IMG/VR virus record: IMGVR_UViG_3300020577_004340
Location: 1 to 64,000 of that record
Origin: a virus
Lineage: Duplodnaviria; Caudoviricetes
Direction: 5' to 3' (one strand)
DNA length: 64,000 nucleotides
The position numbers and the translations under genes were made by a program. This document shows positions 60,199 through 64,000 of the stretch, piece after piece (position 1 is the stretch's first letter; the number at the start of each line of letters is the position of its first letter). The notes under the pieces are model-generated. The model saw nothing but the letters and a program-made list of their open reading frames with translations, was not told the origin of the DNA and made no database searches.

Positions 60199-61511
60199 CA
60201 TATATAGAAGAATTATCTGAACATAACATAGATAGTTTGGCTGATGATTCTTTAATATTAATACCAGTTTTATCCGATTATAATAACCATTGGGTTGTTA
60301 ATGATATATCATTTGTGTATGTTTATCATATAATTAAGCGAAAGGGTTATATATTAAATATACATCATAACGATTATTCACCCAACTCAATTAAATTGTT
60401 GGATAGATTGTCTGGCGTTAAATTTATATATAAAAAGAATTTACTCAATCTATCTAATTCATATGATTTGGAATTATGTTATTGGTTTTATTCTAATGAA
60501 CCTGGAATACAATACAGAGTACAGAATAAAATATCTACGTATTATAAATGGTACGGCGATAAAAAAAATATTAATAACATAATTCCAATATATAATTTTT
60601 TGGAAACATTTAATATCATTGTTAATATTTTCATGACAATATACGATGACATTGAATTGAATTTCTCATTAAATTTTTATCAAAATATTTACAATACATT
60701 AAAGACGATTGAAAAAAATGGAATATGTGTTGATAGAAAAATTATATTAAATAAATTCAGGAAGAATGTAGATGTAGTGTATTCGGAATATAACTTATAC
60801 ACGAGTACCGGACGACCATCTAATAGATTTGGTGGTATAAATTTTGCAGCATTGCCAAAAGATAATGGGACTCGTAAGATGATTATTCCTGAAAAAAATA
60901 ACAATATATTAATTGAATTTGATTACGATTCATTCCATATTAGATTGGCATCTAAATTAATTAAATATCGACTACCTGATATGAATTTACATGAATATTT
61001 TGGTATGCAATATTTCGGGAAAACTGAATTGACTGATGAAGAATATACACTTGCAAAAAATTTATCTTTTAGGTTATTAAATGGCGCCCGGAATATTGAA
61101 TTTGATGATATCGTATTTTTTGAAAAAATATATGAATATAGAGAAAAGTTGTGGGATGAATATATTAAAAATGGATATATTGAATTACCATTATCAAAGA
61201 GAAAATTAAAAAAAGAGTATTATGAAAATATGTCTGAATCTAAATTATTTAATTATGTATTACAGGCAACAGAAACTGAATTTAATTCAATAATATTGGA
61301 TAAAATTAATACTTATTTACACACACAATCCAGTAAATTGATTTTATACACATATGATTCTTTTTTAATTGATTTTGATTTATCAGATGGAAGAAAGTGT
61401 ATTGAAGAATTAATAAAAATATTGGATATCAACGGGTTCCATGTTAAAATGAAATGTGGAAATACATATGATGATATGCTTTTAAAACAAATTAATACCA
61501 ATGGAAAATAA
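60195..61511 (+). CDS. Short family-A DNA polymerase-like protein
   Basis: TSTGRPSN, motif A EFDYDSFHIRL, motif B AKNLSFRLLNG, NYVLQATE, motif C YTYDSFL. Confidence 0.8.
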   Translation: MTYIEELSEHNIDSLADDSLILIPVLSDYNNHWVVNDISFVYVYHIIKRKGYILNIHHNDYSPNSIKLLDRLSGVKFIYKKNLLNLSNSYDLELCYWFYSNEPGIQYRVQNKISTYYKWYGDKKNINNIIPIYNFLETFNIIVNIFMTIYDDIELNFSLNFYQNIYNTLKTIEKNGICVDRKIILNKFRKNVDVVYSEYNLYTSTGRPSNRFGGINFAALPKDNGTRKMIIPEKNNNILIEFDYDSFHIRLASKLIKYRLPDMNLHEYFGMQYFGKTELTDEEYTLAKNLSFRLLNGARNIEFDDIVFFEKIYEYREKLWDEYIKNGYIELPLSKRKLKKEYYENMSESKLFNYVLQATETEFNSIILDKINTYLHTQSSKLILYTYDSFLIDFDLSDGRKCIEELIKILDINGFHVKMKCGNTYDDMLLKQINTNGK

Positions 61512-62631
61512 ATTAAAAAATGTAATTAATGAGTGGTTTTCTCATTCCGATTCCGGATTTATAAATCCACCATATAATGAGAAAGATTTAACATTATTGA
61601 AAATTATTGTTAACGAATCGGTTGATTTAACGGAAGATGACAAACAAAAATTGACAACACACATAAATAATAAATTTAAAACACCTCCTACGCCTGAAAA
61701 GAAGGAAAAGCAAGATAGATTTATAGCAAAATCAGCACCATTCATTCAGGATGCTACTAGTTTTATACAATTTATTAATCAAGAATATCTTAATCCAGGA
61801 ATTGAAATTACAGGCTTGGAAGAATTATTTAATAATATTATTGCATTAGAAACTGAAGATTTTAATAATGTAGTTAAACTATTGGCAAAACATACTAATA
61901 GACAGATTGATTATGGTACGTTTAAAATGGGGCAATACGAATTAAAATTGGCAGAATTATTACATAACTCAATTACATTAACAGGGGCTTCATATTTAAA
62001 TTTATTACTTGCTATAATATTCAATGGAAAATTGTCGGGTACATTGGTACCGAATATATCAAAAATTGGAGTAAATATTAATGGCGTGATGGTTATTAAA
62101 AACGCTTCAAGTGATTTATATGTTCCATTAATTAATTTCAATGATGAGTTATCAACTATTGTTAATAATTTAAGAACATTAAATTCGGTTATCAATGATA
62201 ATGATGGAACTGACACCATGTCTAATTCAGATTTAAATGAATTGTTAAAGGCATTACAAAATGGATCATTGGATGATGATATTGCTAATATCATTAATCA
62301 ATCGAAAACTACTAAAGTTGTTGCAATTAAGACTTTAGCTGGAAAGTTAGAACAAATGTTAAAGGGTAATAATACATCAACTATATATGAATTATTTAAA
62401 ACGACTTATAATAGTTTAATTCAAGCTTCTAGTAAGAATATTACAAAAATATTTGATGTATTCTCCGATAAGATATTAATTGAAACATTCTCTGATTTAT
62501 ATAATAAATTACTATTTAAAGATACTATTCCATCTAATATTGAATTGGGAAGTACTTCAATTAATATATCATCAGAACTATTAAATTTATCAGGAAAAGA
62601 AGAAAAAAATACTGAAAATAATCAACAATAA
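61501..62631 (+). CDS. Hypothetical protein (possible internal head protein)
   Basis: N-terminal VINEW, IVNE and LTE sites. Confidence 0.5.
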   Translation: MENKLKNVINEWFSHSDSGFINPPYNEKDLTLLKIIVNESVDLTEDDKQKLTTHINNKFKTPPTPEKKEKQDRFIAKSAPFIQDATSFIQFINQEYLNPGIEITGLEELFNNIIALETEDFNNVVKLLAKHTNRQIDYGTFKMGQYELKLAELLHNSITLTGASYLNLLLAIIFNGKLSGTLVPNISKIGVNINGVMVIKNASSDLYVPLINFNDELSTIVNNLRTLNSVINDNDGTDTMSNSDLNELLKALQNGSLDDDIANIINQSKTTKVVAIKTLAGKLEQMLKGNNTSTIYELFKTTYNSLIQASSKNITKIFDVFSDKILIETFSDLYNKLLFKDTIPSNIELGSTSINISSELLNLSGKEEKNTENNQQ

Positions 62632-62673
62632 ACTTTGAAATGTCAGAAAAAAAGTGTATATTATAAAACAATT

Positions 62674-62697
62674 TAATTAACTAATTAACTAATTAAC
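62674..62697 (+). repeat. TAATTAAC x3 immediately upstream of the SSB start
   Basis: Three perfect 8-bp units ending 5 nt before ATG 62703. Confidence 0.9.
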
Positions 62698-62702
62698 AAA
62701 CA

Positions 62703-63569
62703 ATGAATTTAGACAAAGTTAGAGCACGCCTTGCATCGATGAATACAGGGCAAAATCAGAAGAAGCACATTTGGAAGCCAGCTCCTGGCGATACGGTAAT
62801 TAGAATAGTTCCGTATATTCACAATCCAGATTTCCCTTTTATGGAATTATATTTCCATTATGAGGTGACGAAACGTAGTGTGTTATCACCTATTATTAAT
62901 GAAGATCCAGATCCAGTAGAAGAGTTTGCAGCTCAATTGAAATCAACTGGTGATCCAAACGATTATTCATTAGCTAGAAAAATTTCTCCAACTATGAGAA
63001 CATATGTTCCAGTATTAGTTAGAGGCAAAGAAGACGAAGGTCCAAAATTTTGGGGATTTGGTAAAACTACTTACGAAGAATTATTAAAATTAATTGACGA
63101 TCCAGATTGGGGGGATATTACATCTTTACGTGACGGAAGAGACATTGTTATTTCATACGAGAAAGGACAAGGTGAATCGTATGCTAAGACTACTATTCGT
63201 CCAAAACCTAAAGCGACAGTAGCAACAGATGACAAGAATGTATTGGAATTGTTGGCGACTATGCCAAAAGTAGAAGACATTTGGCCGGTGGCTACTTATT
63301 CTGAGTTGAAAATTGCATTGGAACGATATATTAATAATATCGCTGGAGATGATGATTCAAACGATGAAGATGTTAAACCGGCAAATGAAAAGAGTTCTAC
63401 ACCTCCGCCAGCATCACCGGGTTATACAAATAAAGAAACGTTAGATGATGAATTTGCAGATTTATTAGATTCGAAACCATCTGCTAAGAAGGCTGAAACG
63501 CCAACTAATAAATCACAAATCAAGGAGACTGTTAATATTGACGAGGCCTTCGACGAAATGTTTAAATAA
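62703..63569 (+). CDS. Single-stranded DNA-binding protein (gp32-like)
   Basis: WKP..G..VIRIVP, YFHY, VLVRG, FWGFGK, GDIT...GRD, acidic tail AFDEMFK. Confidence 0.85.
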   Translation: MNLDKVRARLASMNTGQNQKKHIWKPAPGDTVIRIVPYIHNPDFPFMELYFHYEVTKRSVLSPIINEDPDPVEEFAAQLKSTGDPNDYSLARKISPTMRTYVPVLVRGKEDEGPKFWGFGKTTYEELLKLIDDPDWGDITSLRDGRDIVISYEKGQGESYAKTTIRPKPKATVATDDKNVLELLATMPKVEDIWPVATYSELKIALERYINNIAGDDDSNDEDVKPANEKSSTPPPASPGYTNKETLDDEFADLLDSKPSAKKAETPTNKSQIKETVNIDEAFDEMFK

Positions 63570-63583
63570 TCTAAAATTTTTAA

Positions 63584-64000
63584 ATGGCAAAAACTAAAAC
63601 GCCTGCCGTTGAGCCGGTTGTTGTTGAATCACTAACTAATGATTTATTGAAATCATTAAATATAAAGTTTAAGAATCAACCGGACAAGGCAGCATTTTTC
63701 TTAAATGACCCTAATGTTACTTCCGATGTACATAGTTGGATTCCATCTGGAAATGATGTATTGGACATTGCAATAAGTAATCGACCGAATGGTGGATGGC
63801 CAGTTGGAAGAATTGTTGAATTGACAGGGTTAGAGGCTTCGGGCAAAAGTTTATTAGCCGCCCATGCCTTAAAAAATACACAAGCTTTAGGAGGGGTAGC
63901 AGTTTACATAGATACCGAGTCTGCAGTCTCAGAACAATATTTGGCCGCCATTGGTGTTGATATACCTAAATTAATTTATATGCCAATGGATGCCCTTGAA
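63584..64000 (+). CDS. recA: RecA/UvsX-like recombinase, 3'-truncated
   Basis: WIPSG..LDIAISN..GGWPVGRIVELTGLEASGKSLL, GGVAVYIDTE. Confidence 0.93.
   Translation, partial: MAKTKTPAVEPVVVESLTNDLLKSLNIKFKNQPDKAAFFLNDPNVTSDVHSWIPSGNDVLDIAISNRPNGGWPVGRIVELTGLEASGKSLLAAHALKNTQALGGVAVYIDTESAVSEQYLAAIGVDIPKLIYMPMDALE

Noticed and set aside
3248-63280. Numerous 60-127-aa minus-strand ORFs
   Set aside because: Nearly all lie opposite well-supported plus-strand genes and lack recognisable motifs.
1-64000. Alternative genetic code (stop reassignment)
   Set aside because: Code 11 gives dense full-length genes; TAG and TGA end genes at expected positions, including ATGA overlaps.
1-64000. tRNA or rRNA genes
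   Set aside because: No cloverleaf or T-loop signatures seen in the short intergenic gaps by eye; tRNAscan-SE would confirm.

Overview
A very AT-rich, almost entirely plus-strand, gene-dense segment of a large T4-like (gp13/14/15/17/18/19/20/21/22/23/32-type) myovirus. It most likely infects a Bacteroidota host: four TTTG-N20-TAnnTTTG promoters, Sec signals ending in GQ, a T9SS C-terminal sorting domain, D(S/T)-hydrophobic O-glycosylation sequons and a phage bS21. The window holds the morphogenesis module (fibre/appendage genes, terminase, portal, prohead protease, scaffold, capsid, neck, sheath, tube, tape measure, baseplate) interleaved with replication genes (primase, fused Mre11-Rad50, ThyX, short PolA, gp32 SSB, start of RecA/UvsX). 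Notable points: (1) the terminase is fractured by an atypically split intein (33-aa IntN, 114-aa IntC) with a free-standing endonuclease between the halves; (2) a repeated MLTLKEKKLVKEYA-type peptide/DNA cassette, flanked by LxE protease sites, is fused to unrelated proteins and looks like a portable capsid-loading tag; (3) candidate packaged effectors include an ADP-ribosyltransferase and a cytidylyltransferase/ligase-like polyprotein; (4) the tail-chaperone locus appears to need +1 recoding; (5) a gene has an in-frame UGA followed by a stem-loop; (6) S/T-G-S-type motifs are pervasive in virion proteins; (7) several perfect short duplications, three of them frameshifting, are probably assembly errors. 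All product calls come from motif recognition by eye, not database searches.
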